The translations under genes and the position numbers were made by a program. The notes under the pieces were generated by a model, which was given only the letters and a program-made list of their open reading frames with translations, was not told the origin of the DNA and ran no database searches. A DNA stretch of 30,850 nt from a virus (Duplodnaviria > Heunggongvirae > Uroviricota > Caudoviricetes), in the IMG/VR virus record IMGVR_UViG_2917875804_000003; one strand, given 5' to 3'. How positions within the stretch are numbered: the first letter of the stretch is position 1; each line of letters opens with the position of its first letter. Shown here piece after piece: positions 9,680 through 19,621 of this stretch.

Positions 9680-10023
9680 AAATCCACCTGCGCAGAGATC
9701 CCACCAAAATCGTATGTACTCGCGGTTACCCACAGCCGCTTCTGACTTTCTTCACTGATTTCCACCGTACCCGGCACAATGCGTTCATCATATTCAATCA
9801 GTAATTCCATACGGGTAAAAATATCCGCTCTCATTGTCGGGCTACGTTCGGCTATTAATTCCGTAGCCAAACCACTTTCAATAATGGAATGAATAATGTC
9901 CTGCCCGATGCTTTTTCGGTTATTACATAATTCAGGTTCATTACCGGTATTCAGAACAAAATCACCGCCCTGAATCAGCAAATCAATATAAAGAACATTA
10001 CTCATGCACCAAGCTCCTGCCAT
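9676..10023 (-). CDS. baseplate protein, gpW/gp25-like
   Basis: 115-aa ORF immediately upstream of J-like gene and coupled to it; size and position match gpW (115 aa in P2). Confidence 0.5.
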   Translation of the reverse strand: MAGAWCMSNVLYIDLLIQGGDFVLNTGNEPELCNNRKSIGQDIIHSIIESGLATELIAERSPTMRADIFTRMELLIEYDERIVPGTVEISEESQKRLWVTASTYDFGGISAQVDL

Positions 10024-11968
10024 TCCATAAGCTGGAGTGGAGAAAATGCTTCTTTGGTATGGAAATGCACTTCACCAATTTTCCGGCTGTTATCGATTAC
10101 AGATGTTGTGTTGCTGCTGATTGTTTTACTGATACCACCATTATCCACACCTTTTAAATCGCCCCCCGTAGACAGCGTATTACCAGTTAATGGCTGTAAG
10201 GTTTCACTGGCCAGAGAAATATCCACGCCGGGAATTTCATTCAGTTTCTGAACAATCCAGTTCCACGACTTAAGAAATCCCTCTTTGATTGAGTTCCAGA
10301 CAATATCAAACAGCGACATAATACCGGTGGCCATTCCCTTTAATGCCTCAGATGGCGAAAATCCTGTCAGCATAGAAATGAAGCTGTTCCATCCATCACT
10401 GACATATTGCCAGGCTATAACAAAGATCCCCGCTAGCCATTTCACTACGGCAGCGCATACCTGAAAGGCTTCGGTATTCATCACCGATGCTTTTATCGTG
10501 TTCCAGTGCTTAACCAGCAGATAACAACCAGCAACAAGCAGCGCAATGGCACCAATCACAAGCAGGATTGGCCAGCTCATCAGATTGATACCAATTCCGG
10601 TCATCATTGCGGCCATGCGTACCGCCAGTAACGCGCCGCGTAAAAACTTCAGCGTGGTATTCCAGGCGATTACCGCCATTTGCGCCAGCCAGACAGTCGC
10701 CGTGTAGATTTTCGTAACCGCCGTTAACGCCCCCCAGATCCCACGTAATCCCATCATGATGAATCTGGATACCCCCATCACGATATTGCAACCGCACCCA
10801 CGGCGGCAAAGCTCAGTAGTGCCACCGACGCATAACCAATCACACGGGCAATGTTAGGAAACAACTGCATCCAACGAGCAAAGGTCTGCCCCATATCAGC
10901 CAGGCGATTCAGAACCGGATACAGCACCGGGATCAGCGTCAGTCCGATCACGGTCTGAATGGCTTTCAGGATTTGTACAAAGCGATCCCACGGCTTAACC
11001 ATTTTTTGTGCCATTTCCTGGGTACGCTTCAGGCCGTCCGCGCCGCCCAGTTCGGTGATGTTCCGCTGAAGTAACGCGACATTGCCGTAAAGATGTTTAA
11101 CCACTGCCGAACTGTCACCAAAGGCTGCATCCAGCTCCGCCTGGGCTTTCAGGTTCCCTTCAAGGCTTTTGCCATATTTGCCCTGCAACTTGATCAGCAT
11201 TTCAGGCATGGACAGCATTTTGCCGGTGGAGTCAGTAAAGGACAGCCCCAGCTTTTTAGCGCCATCAATCGCGCCGGTCATAAATCCTTCATAGGCGCTG
11301 CTGGCTTCCGTTCCCAGCGTCCGCTGAAGTTGCCCCAGCACGGCCAGCTGTTCATCCAGCCCCACACCGTAGTTAGTCCCGACGCCGCGCGCACCTTCCA
11401 TCAAATCCTTGATAGTGGCCATTTCTGTGCCAAAGGTTTTGCGCATATAAACCATCTTGCCTGCCAACTGCTCGGCAAATTCCACCTTGCCCAGTCTGGC
11501 GGCATCGGCGGAAAAGTTACCGAACATCTGCCCCATAAATTCCGCCGTGTCCGCCGCTGTGGACTTGAGCGCAAACGCCAGGGTATTGGCGACTTTCGTC
11601 ACCTTCGGCAGTTCATTACCCGTCAGTCCGGCAATGGAAGCGTTAATATTTTCCGTGGATTTAACAAACTCCACCGCACTGGCACCATAGGTTGTACTAA
11701 AGCGCAGGGCATCACGCTGAACTGTCTTAAGTGCTGAATCATCAATACCTTTTGCGGCAGCATCATTCAGCGCGTCATACATTTCAATTGCCGGTGATAA
11801 AGCACTTTTGATCTCCATCCCGATGCCTGCCAGCGCCAGAACGCCACCACCGATCTGCATAAAGGCTGCTTTTGATTTTTCCGCAAAGCCGGTGACGTTA
11901 CCTTGCACCTGTTTTAACGGGCGGGATAATTTATCAATCAGGCTTAATGTAAAATCTAATTGTTTCAT
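10002..11968 (-). CDS. tail tape measure protein, encoded as two overlapping ORFs (10778..11968 and 10002..10781) with a frame change at a GTGATG junction
   Basis: N-terminal ORF is long, helical and Ala/Gly-rich; C-terminal ORF is a hydrophobic multi-TM segment typical of tape-measure C-termini. Sits directly after the chaperone frameshift extension. Confidence 0.7.
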
Positions 11969-12416
11969 TCATTGCCTTTAAATGCTTTTGCCACACCATT
12001 GGCCACGGCTATTCCCGTATATTCCCAGTGACGATTGTCCAGCCAGATAGCGGCGGCGATATCATCAACGGAATCCTGACCATGTGGTAAATAATGACGG
12101 CGTAGAATTAAATATTGTTCGAGTCCATTCATTTCAATTTCATGGACTCGCTTTGTCAGTTTTTTACTTCAATTTCTAGTTCAGGCGCATAAATATCATT
12201 TACTTTGCCAACCAGTTGAAGTGCAGCACCCGGACGTTTTAATACTTCACAAAGTGAGGCTTTACTTTCAATCGCAACAATTCGTGTCAGATAGTTATGC
12301 GCAGGAGCAACCTTATTGTCCATTGCCATTTCATTAATAAATTTATTGTAGGCAGTCTGGTTTGGTTCAAAAATAATTTCAACACCACAAACACACAGTT
12401 TAATTTGTTCCATCAA
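11965..12416 (-). CDS. tail assembly chaperone with programmed -1 frameshift extension (E/E'- or G/GT-like)
   Basis: 86-aa ORF 12156..12416 ends ...GAA GTA AAA AAC TGA. The -1 frame after the slippery A-AAA-AAC stays open for ~64 codons and stops at a TGA overlapping the tape-measure ATG (11966-11968). Confidence 0.6.
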
Positions 12417-12697
12417 TAACTCTCTCTTAAAATAATTTCATCCACTAACTGATTATGACGTGCAGCACACTGACCATATAACTCAAGATAAATCGTCAGT
12501 AATTCCGCTGAGTCTTTTCCTGTCGCACCATTCAGGCGCGGCAACTGCGTGGCACATTTAGTTTTCAGATTTTCCTGATAACGCACGTTCGGTACCGGTT
12601 GCGGCACGGTTGTACATGCTGACAAACTCATCAGACAGGCAACGACTGGTAAAAACAGGCTTAAGCACTTCAGTGCGTATCTCTCGCGGTGCCACAT
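12413..12697 (-). CDS. o-spanin-like outer-membrane lipoprotein (Rz1-like)
   Basis: Signal peptide with lipobox LSAC (...LFLPVVACLMSLSACTT...); overlaps the 3' end of the i-spanin candidate in another frame. Exact start uncertain. Confidence 0.55.
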   Translation of the reverse strand: MWHRERYALKCLSLFLPVVACLMSLSACTTVPQPVPNVRYQENLKTKCATQLPRLNGATGKDSAELLTIYLELYGQCAARHNQLVDEIILRESY

Positions 12698-12897
12698 TTT
12701 TTTAACGCCTCCAGTTTATCTTCCAGCGCTCTGGCCGAATCACTGGCAATACCCTGCATTGCTTTTCGCGATTCAGTACCGGCCACCTGCGCCGCTGTAT
12801 TGATTGCCAGCTCTAAGCTATCACGCCGCCAGTCAGCGGTTAGCCAGCCCCAGACAAACGCCAGCGCCACCACAACCAACCACTGCCCGCTGCTCAT
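12670..12897 (-). CDS. i-spanin-like protein (Rz-like)
   Basis: 75 aa, N-terminal TM segment (WLVVVALAFVWGWL) then charged helical region; directly downstream of the endolysin. Confidence 0.5.
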   Translation of the reverse strand: MSSGQWLVVVALAFVWGWLTADWRRDSLELAINTAAQVAGTESRKAMQGIASDSARALEDKLEALKKCGTARDTH

Positions 12898-13238
12898 CAG
12901 CGCACCCCGTTATGTTCCAGACTGAAATGATTACCATCAGGTCTGGATTTGAAGCGTCCGCCCCAGGAACCACCCAGTGATTCCCAGTATTCCCCCAGTG
13001 GCAGATAATCTTCTGTACGGGTTTTGTACTGACCGTTCACGAACAGATTGAAATCCACCGCCAGCCGCTGGGTGTGCAGGCTGTTAGAAATGCCGCTGCC
13101 TTTCTTCGCATTCAGCGCGGCCTGTTCTGGTGTACGGTAAGCCTCACCGAACGTCAGTCTGTAGCCATGTTCTTCTGCCCAGTGGATCAGACTGGCCACC
13201 ATGACTGTGAATAATTGCTGTTTTTCACTCAGGGTCAT
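12897..13238 (-). CDS. endolysin, M15-family peptidoglycan peptidase
   Basis: ATG at 13238 (MTLSEKQQ...) with GGGAG RBS; ...NSLHTQRLAVDFNLFVNGQYK...HFSLEHNGVR resembles the metallopeptidase M15 core (H...D...H). Confidence 0.7.
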   Translation of the reverse strand: MTLSEKQQLFTVMVASLIHWAEEHGYRLTFGEAYRTPEQAALNAKKGSGISNSLHTQRLAVDFNLFVNGQYKTRTEDYLPLGEYWESLGGSWGGRFKSRPDGNHFSLEHNGVR

Positions 13239-13527
13239 TTGTCTTGCTCCCGTTCTGCTTTCCCGCTGCACGTCTGCGCAGCCACACTTCCACCGCCTGA
13301 TAACCGGCAATCCCCAGCGCCGCCCCCAGCCCCTGAATGGCCAGCGGGCTGGCATCCGGGATCTGAATTAGTACCGCCCCGGCCACCACTGAAACCAGAC
13401 TGCCCAGGATCACGCGACCGGCAAACAGGCGCGGCGTGATTGGGTCATTACTGGTCAGCACATTGCCGATGGCAATCAGTGCGCCAATGATCAGCAGTGA
13501 ATAAAGGCTCTTTTCATGTTCCTGCAT
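13225..13527 (-). CDS. holin-like small membrane protein
   Basis: 100 aa with two or three hydrophobic TM segments and a charged C-terminus; immediately upstream of the endolysin. Confidence 0.55.
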   Translation of the reverse strand: MQEHEKSLYSLLIIGALIAIGNVLTSNDPITPRLFAGRVILGSLVSVVAGAVLIQIPDASPLAIQGLGAALGIAGYQAVEVWLRRRAAGKQNGSKTNDPE

Positions 13528-13536
13528 CCCTGCCCC

Positions 13537-13992
13537 TTATCCGATCAGGTTTTCTGTGGCTTCCGCTTCCAGATACGGCACACCGTTGATGTTGACGAAT
13601 TTCGGACTGGTCACGAAATATTTGATTTTGTGCGTGGTCACACCGCCACCTTTCGGATCAATATCCAGCAGGTTGCTGACCTGCAATTTATTGCCGAACG
13701 TCTCCACCTTCATTTCTTCGCTACTGGCTTTGGCATAGAAAAGAAAATCAAGTGGTGGAAGCCCACGCCATGAACCCGCTGCACGGGCTTTGGCTGTCAG
13801 CACCTGAAGTGTTTTTGAACTGACTTCAATTTCCCCCTCAGCGGCAACATCGCCATCCACATACCCATCAGGGACGCCACGCGTCTGGGCGGCAGCGCTG
13901 TTATCCGTAATATCGAGCGTGATTTTCTCGATATGGATCAGATCGCCGTCCATATAGGTGTCAAACGACATACCCGAAATACGTTTGGTCAT
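13537..13992 (-). CDS. tail tube protein (putative)
   Basis: 151-aa ORF coupled (4-nt overlap) to the upstream sheath candidate; size and position fit a myovirus tube protein. Confidence 0.55.
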   Translation of the reverse strand: MTKRISGMSFDTYMDGDLIHIEKITLDITDNSAAAQTRGVPDGYVDGDVAAEGEIEVSSKTLQVLTAKARAAGSWRGLPPLDFLFYAKASSEEMKVETFGNKLQVSNLLDIDPKGGGVTTHKIKYFVTSPKFVNINGVPYLEAEATENLIG

Positions 13993-15116
13993 GCTATAGC
14001 CTCCAGACTGGCATCCAGTAACAGGCTGATGGTGATTTGCAGTGGCACTTCCCAGGTACGTACCACAATGTAAATATCAACTGCCTTTTTGTTCTTCCAG
14101 ACAATGGATACATCACCATCCTGCGGCGGCTTCACTTCTCCGGGAAATGACACCCCATTAATGCTGGCCGCAGTAGACATTTCGCGCAGTGGACTGGCGA
14201 ACAGTGTCTGATGTGCGGCGATACTTCCTGGCGTGCTATTCAGCGAACGATCAGCGATTTTACTGATAGCCAGCAAACGAACACGGCGGGCAGCTTTATC
14301 CGCGACGCGCAAAGTTTCAATCGACTGATAATCGCCGCCCTCAACGTCCAACGTGCGGCCATCTGACCAGTAAAAACCGTCATAATCCGGGTACCACATT
14401 GGCACACTGAAACGCTGTGCTTCCAGCGCCTGAAGTGTGGCCAACTCAAGAACTTCTCCGGTACCATCAACCGGCATTTCGTCACTGCCCAGATTCATCA
14501 GCGCACCGGTTTTAACCCTCGCCGGACTATCTGCAATAGTCACCATACAGCTACACAGACGACCAGCCAGCACACCCGGTTCATTTCCCCACAGCCGGGG
14601 AACCAACTGAACCGACTTTTCTGCAATCCCATCCTGAAGAGTGGCCAAGCGAACCAAGTAATCCGCCTGGGCTTCTTCGTCCTGCACTCCCTGTGCGGCC
14701 AGAATGAACCACACCCAGCGGCCATACTTTGAAATCAGGGTGGTTCGTAACGTCACTGCCTGATTTACTTGCGCTTTAGCAGTGACATCGTCAGACAGCA
14801 CCACGCCTTCCACAGAGCACACCACCTGCGCGGCTAAAACCGCTTTCACCCAGGCGTCCGCCTCCGCGTCAGCTGGCAGGACGTGAATGAACCCCCACCA
14901 GTTCTGGCCAGCGTTCGCCAGCGCAGCCAGAACATCATTTTTCAGCGGGCTGGCTTCCTCGCCCAGCAGTGAATCAAAATCACTCTGGGCATTCACCGCC
15001 AGCGTTTTCCCCACATTTTTGGTACCCGTGCCGATAAACAGCAGTGTGCGTTCCACCTCATTGGTTTCACCCATCAGCTGATTTACCTGGTTTACGGTCA
15101 CAATTGGCCAGGTCAT
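13989..15116 (-). CDS. tail sheath protein (putative)
   Basis: 375-aa ORF between the virion-morphogenesis gene and the tube gene, coupled to both; called on position and size only. Confidence 0.5.
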   Translation of the reverse strand: MTWPIVTVNQVNQLMGETNEVERTLLFIGTGTKNVGKTLAVNAQSDFDSLLGEEASPLKNDVLAALANAGQNWWGFIHVLPADAEADAWVKAVLAAQVVCSVEGVVLSDDVTAKAQVNQAVTLRTTLISKYGRWVWFILAAQGVQDEEAQADYLVRLATLQDGIAEKSVQLVPRLWGNEPGVLAGRLCSCMVTIADSPARVKTGALMNLGSDEMPVDGTGEVLELATLQALEAQRFSVPMWYPDYDGFYWSDGRTLDVEGGDYQSIETLRVADKAARRVRLLAISKIADRSLNSTPGSIAAHQTLFASPLREMSTAASINGVSFPGEVKPPQDGDVSIVWKNKKAVDIYIVVRTWEVPLQITISLLLDASLEAIA

Positions 15117-15817
15117 GCTTTCCCCTTAATATCCTGCGCCTTAACGTCCCAGCCAAAGCCGATGGCCTGAAGCTGACGCGCCAGCGCCTTGTCAAATTCA
15201 TCATCATTCATGCCCAGAAACACACGAGCAGGAAGATCCACTGTCCAGCTGGTTTTCACGGCTTTACTACTGAGTTTTCGAATCAGCAGCCCCGCCTGGC
15301 TGTATGGCATCGTTTTGGTGATTTCGCCCAGTGTGGGCTTTTTCCATCTCTTACCGGTTTTCACCCGGTACCCCAGCGCCCGTAATTTTTTGGCCTGGGC
15401 AGGCGTCGCCATTTTCCCGGCCTCTGCCTTCCGTGGCTGATTACTGCGGCTGACCTTTACGCGCATTCCGTTTTGTTGCGCGTACCCCACCGTTCCGGCT
15501 GGTACCGGCGCTTCCCCGTTCCGGTATCCACCACCCTGTAAATAGATCCGCACAGCCTGAATTTCTGGCATTTCACGGATATGCAGCAGCTTTGGCAGGT
15601 TGCGCAGCATCTTCCCTTTGCGTTTTGTCTTACGTCCCGGCCACTTGCCATCCGGGGATTCCTGATTGCGCACATGCCGTTTTGCCGCAGCAATCACGCC
15701 ATATTTGGCCAGACGCCAGATCAGACGCTGCCGTTTTCTCGGCGGCAGCTCCATGCTGGCCAGTGCCTTGCGCAATTCGGCCAGCTGTTTTTTATTCAGC
15801 TCGCCACCAGCAATCAT
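15113..15817 (-). CDS. virion morphogenesis / tail completion protein (P2 gpS / Mu gpG-like)
   Basis: 234-aa basic protein with ...ESPDGKWPGRKTKRKGKMLRNL..., resembling the Phage_tail_S virion morphogenesis family; sits between head and tail genes. Confidence 0.5.
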   Translation of the reverse strand: MIAGGELNKKQLAELRKALASMELPPRKRQRLIWRLAKYGVIAAAKRHVRNQESPDGKWPGRKTKRKGKMLRNLPKLLHIREMPEIQAVRIYLQGGGYRNGEAPVPAGTVGYAQQNGMRVKVSRSNQPRKAEAGKMATPAQAKKLRALGYRVKTGKRWKKPTLGEITKTMPYSQAGLLIRKLSSKAVKTSWTVDLPARVFLGMNDDEFDKALARQLQAIGFGWDVKAQDIKGKA

Positions 15818-16320
15818 TCGCTATCCCCCACCGGCGCACCGGCCTCATCCACGCTGTAAATACTGGCGGTCAGTGCCGTCCAGATTTCAGGCTCAACCAG
15901 TGACCAGCGCTCACCCCGCCACGGAATAGCCCCGTTTTCGTCCTGCCTGATCACCAGTTCTTCTACCATCGGAACAGTCAGCACCACAGTGGCCACTTCC
16001 TCATCCTCCACCGACACATCCCAGTCAGGTTCAGCTTCACTCAGCCCCACTTCATCCACTAGTTCCCTGTCAGCATCATCCAGCCATGCAGCCAGTAAGG
16101 ACATAAGCAACTGCGGCGGGCAAAGGCGATACGGGAAACGCTCCCAGCTCAGAACCGCGTCATATCGGATAACCGCCTGGCGATATTGTCCCAGCCCGTA
16201 ATCCTTCGCCGCAGGGATGAACTTCATCTCATCCAGCACACTGTCAAATGACTGCATCGCACGGGGCGGGACGTTATCTTTAAAAAATGTGGTCAGGCTT
16301 TGGATCTGCGTCTGGCTCAT
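15814..16320 (-). CDS. putative tail completion / head-tail joining protein
   Basis: 168-aa acidic protein, ATGA-coupled between the head-completion gene and the morphogenesis gene; positional assignment only. Confidence 0.35.
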   Translation of the reverse strand: MSQTQIQSLTTFFKDNVPPRAMQSFDSVLDEMKFIPAAKDYGLGQYRQAVIRYDAVLSWERFPYRLCPPQLLMSLLAAWLDDADRELVDEVGLSEAEPDWDVSVEDEEVATVVLTVPMVEELVIRQDENGAIPWRGERWSLVEPEIWTALTASIYSVDEAGAPVGDSE

Positions 16321-16820
16321 ACTTTTTTCACCGTTGCCCGTTTCAGCCCTTTCATACGGCGGATCACCACCGATGCTTCAGCCAGTAACCCCGCTCGGGT
16401 TTCCATACTTTCCTGTCCCGGATGAGTATCGCGCCGCCCGATAGTGGCGAACTCCCCCAGCAGATCCGCTTTTGCCCTGGCAAAAACGGCCTTCATATAC
16501 TGGGCGCACAGGCTGTTCAGTCCGCCCATTTTTACACCTGGTACCTCTGCCGCCAGCGTGTAGCCTTTCGCTATCCAACTGGACTCCACGTTTTCCAGCT
16601 CCGCATTCACCTCCGCCACCGCTGCAAGCAACGCCTGGCTGATGGTGTCAGCGTCAATATCTGGCGGTAGTGACCGCTGCGCTTGAAAATCCTTCAGATT
16701 CAGATCTGGCCAGAATCCGTTATTGGTCAGCGGTTCATCCTGATAATCCAGCGGCTTTCCGCTAAACATAAATCCCCCGAAAAAGGCGGACTGGCCGGTT
16801 TCCACGGCGCAGTTACACAC
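16317..16820 (-). CDS. L: head completion/stabilisation protein (gpL-like)
   Basis: About 150-167 aa directly downstream of the small terminase, the P2 gene L position; true start may be an internal Met (MFSGKPLDY...). Confidence 0.55.
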   Translation of the reverse strand: MCNCAVETGQSAFFGGFMFSGKPLDYQDEPLTNNGFWPDLNLKDFQAQRSLPPDIDADTISQALLAAVAEVNAELENVESSWIAKGYTLAAEVPGVKMGGLNSLCAQYMKAVFARAKADLLGEFATIGRRDTHPGQESMETRAGLLAEASVVIRRMKGLKRATVKKV

Positions 16821-16865
16821 AAGGTGTTCTGCCCTCCACCGCGTCCGCCTGGCTTGCGGTAGTCT

Positions 16866-17567
16866 TTACCCTTGAGTCAGTTTTCGGATACGGGCAGCGA
16901 TTGTCTGCCGTGCCGTTCTGACGCCAATTTTTGAGTAGTGTTTTTCTGCAATAGCCAGCAGATGATCGGCCTTTTCCAGCGTTTCAATATCATCCACGCC
17001 CGCCGCCGTTTTCTGGCCATCGTCATTGCGTAGCAACTCCTGACCGGCAAACTTGAACCATTTGGCCGTCACTTGCTCATGTAGTCGCCAGGTGTTTTCC
17101 ACTCGCTCAAACGTGCGGGTGAAATAAGGCTCCACACTTTCCCCGCGCCCTGTGGTTTCCTGCGCCCATGCCAACATCGTATCCGCCACAAAAGTGGGAA
17201 AATTGCTGCGTAACCGATCCGGGGTTGCCTGCTGCTGGCTGATAGCAATGTCAGCCCAGTCCAGCGCCTGATCCAGATCGCCCACGTCAAACAGCCAGAT
17301 AACACACCAGGCAAAAACCGGATTGGCGTACACCTGACCACTCTCCAGATAGGCTTCCACAGTGGAACCCCAGCGTGGCAACAGCACATCGCGTTTGTAC
17401 TTGACGCGATCAGCGATGGTCGGCAGACTTCGAACATGTTCCACATCCGTTTCCAGCGCCCTGACTAGTAGGTGCATACTTTCCGTGGTTTCCAGTGCCT
17501 GCCGACGTTTCAGCTTTTGTTCCATCGCAATACGCTGGCTGTGACGCTGCGCAGGGGAAAGTGCCAT
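16866..17567 (-). CDS. M: terminase small (endonuclease) subunit, gpM-like
   Basis: 233 aa, immediately downstream of the capsid gene as in P2 O-N-M-L; size close to P2 gpM. Confidence 0.7.
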   Translation of the reverse strand: MALSPAQRHSQRIAMEQKLKRRQALETTESMHLLVRALETDVEHVRSLPTIADRVKYKRDVLLPRWGSTVEAYLESGQVYANPVFAWCVIWLFDVGDLDQALDWADIAISQQQATPDRLRSNFPTFVADTMLAWAQETTGRGESVEPYFTRTFERVENTWRLHEQVTAKWFKFAGQELLRNDDGQKTAAGVDDIETLEKADHLLAIAEKHYSKIGVRTARQTIAARIRKLTQG

Positions 17568-17570
17568 TTA

Positions 17571-18608
17571 TCAACCCTCCACCGGTTCGGAGACTTTGCC
17601 GATTGTCACAGCGGATTCATCAATAGCCGCATACAGCTCCGGCACTTCCACCGCGTAACCTTCATTGCGCAGGTATTTGTTTTCGAACTGCTTACGATCT
17701 TCAACAAACTCCGCCTTACGCATACGGGTATTGCGCTGGGTGTAGATGTGCAGGTTAGAAAGCGGCGTAACCACCATGCGTTTACCCGGCATAAACGGCG
17801 GGATAATAGCCGGACGGCCAGCAATGGTGCTTCCCAGCATCTGCGCCGCGATTTTTTCAGTCGGACGGTCTGCTGCCTGATACAGTCGGTATTGTTCAGC
17901 TGCGACCAGATCGGCACCAACCAGAACAACCAGACGCGGGTCATTGCGGAACTGTGCCGGGATTTTGGCGTTAATCAGATCGGACGCCATTGCATCCAGT
18001 GATTTGTAATCCCCGGCCTCATCAAGCACCACGGCATCCGTCATAATCTGATTGCCGCCCAGCAGCGTTTTCATACGCTCATGCCAGCCAACGTTCACAT
18101 CCTCGCCGTTCGGGTTAGTTTCCGGATCAGTGGTTTTCGCGCGACTTTTACCGTTAAAACCAATGCGCAACATATCCAGCGCAAAAGCCTGCGTGGTGAA
18201 TGCCTGTACCAGGTTGTAAAACTCGTTTTCGTCCTTACCGGCGTTTGCCCAGACAGAAAGCAGATCCCAGCGCAACGCGGCACAGCTGTCTGTTTCAACC
18301 AGGGAATAGTCATTACCGTCAACGCCTACCTGACGAATGAAACGGCCATTTTCGCTGCGGCCGGTATGCAGCACAGAGGAACCGACAGAGATCACCTGGC
18401 CACTCAGCTGGTCAACATCCAGACAGGTGATCATGTTCAGGAACTCGACGGACTCCAGCAACGCAAGACGCAGCGCATTTTCCTGTGGGTCATTCAGGGA
18501 AAAATATCGACTGGTATCACGCGCACCAAACTGCTGCGCCATCCCCGCCGAATATTTATCCAGTAAATCCCGCGCACGATTATTAAGGTGCATAAAACTC
18601 CCTCGCAA
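17571..18608 (-). CDS. N: major capsid protein, gpN-like
   Basis: 345 aa; several blocks resemble P2 gpN as I recall it (...IGFNGKSRAKTTD..., ...VGWHERMK..., ...DPRLVVLVGADLVAAEQY...); follows the scaffold gene. Confidence 0.8.
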   Translation of the reverse strand: MRGSFMHLNNRARDLLDKYSAGMAQQFGARDTSRYFSLNDPQENALRLALLESVEFLNMITCLDVDQLSGQVISVGSSVLHTGRSENGRFIRQVGVDGNDYSLVETDSCAALRWDLLSVWANAGKDENEFYNLVQAFTTQAFALDMLRIGFNGKSRAKTTDPETNPNGEDVNVGWHERMKTLLGGNQIMTDAVVLDEAGDYKSLDAMASDLINAKIPAQFRNDPRLVVLVGADLVAAEQYRLYQAADRPTEKIAAQMLGSTIAGRPAIIPPFMPGKRMVVTPLSNLHIYTQRNTRMRKAEFVEDRKQFENKYLRNEGYAVEVPELYAAIDESAVTIGKVSEPVEG

Positions 18609-18655
18609 TTAAGCGATTTAAAAATATATTCTGGGCTAATTAGCAATAAAGCGAA

Positions 18656-19459
18656 TTACAGGAAATTAAATTTCCCGGCTTGATCTTTTATAGTACGCCC
18701 CGGTGTACGGGTGTTTTTATTACCCAGTTCGTTAAAGCGGGTTACGATTTCTTTTGCATTATCGCGAATTGCCGCAAATTCCTGCGTATCCACCACTTCA
18801 GCAATTGTGTCAACATCACCCTGAACGTCATTCAGTTGAGTTTCAATTTTCGCCACTCGCGCTTCCAGATCGTTCACCACATTGGCAAGCGCCTGTAATT
18901 TATCTTCATCCGGAGCAAGATTATCCTGCGGCGTTTCATCTTCAAACTTTGGCTTAATACCAAACAGTTTCTGCCAGTTCTTCATTCTTGCTTCCTGTTT
19001 AATTTTTCCGTCGCGGGAAATTACACAGCTGTAATATCCCTGCTTTGTTAATTTATTGCGCCGACGACTAAAGCGCAGCCGTGTGGTGCCAACGCTGGCA
19101 GGTGTATCTGTTACCGCCAGCCCTTTCAGGTAAGTACGCCCGCTACCGCGCCAGTTTTCTTCCGGCTCAATGGAGAAGAACAAAAGCTGATCTTCATGAT
19201 TTGCGAAAATCAGACGCATATTCGGGCAAAGGCTGACATATAACCTTGCCAGTCCATCTTCACCATCATTCCAGGTAGCTTCCAGCACTTCACCAAAATT
19301 CCCGCAATCATCCTCATGTTCTGGCCAGATTAAAGCGACATAGTGGCTATAGTCATAGGTTTCCCCCATATCAATGATCCACTGCCGTTGAATTACCCTG
19401 CCATCAACGGTATCCCCTTCAGTAGCAACACACAGCCAGTCAGTTTTTAAATGTGACAT
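18656..19459 (-). CDS. O: capsid scaffolding protein, gpO-like
   Basis: 267 aa with coiled-coil C-terminal half; first gene of the leftward late operon, divergent from terminase P. Confidence 0.75.
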   Translation of the reverse strand: MSHLKTDWLCVATEGDTVDGRVIQRQWIIDMGETYDYSHYVALIWPEHEDDCGNFGEVLEATWNDGEDGLARLYVSLCPNMRLIFANHEDQLLFFSIEPEENWRGSGRTYLKGLAVTDTPASVGTTRLRFSRRRNKLTKQGYYSCVISRDGKIKQEARMKNWQKLFGIKPKFEDETPQDNLAPDEDKLQALANVVNDLEARVAKIETQLNDVQGDVDTIAEVVDTQEFAAIRDNAKEIVTRFNELGNKNTRTPGRTIKDQAGKFNFL

Positions 19460-19621
19460 ATCCCCCCCTGTTCCACTCCCTGACGCTGCAAATCAATTAT
19501 TGCCAAATAAAACCACCACCGCATTACGCTTTATTCTGAACAGTTCGGTTATAACGCTTTACCGAACAGACACGAATTAACACCACCGTTTTTTCATCAC
19601 AGCCACGGCATAATTATCCGC
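19460..19621. promoter_or_regulatory. divergent late promoter region between scaffold O and terminase P
   Basis: ~160-bp intergenic region between divergent operons; contains an imperfect dyad (GTTCGGT ... ACCGAAC, ~19531-19556) that could be an Ogr-type activator site. Not verified. Confidence 0.3.

Noticed and set aside
11093-11737. 214-aa plus-strand ORF antisense to the tape measure gene
   Set aside because: Fully contained within the tape measure coding region on the opposite strand; composition consistent with a shadow ORF.
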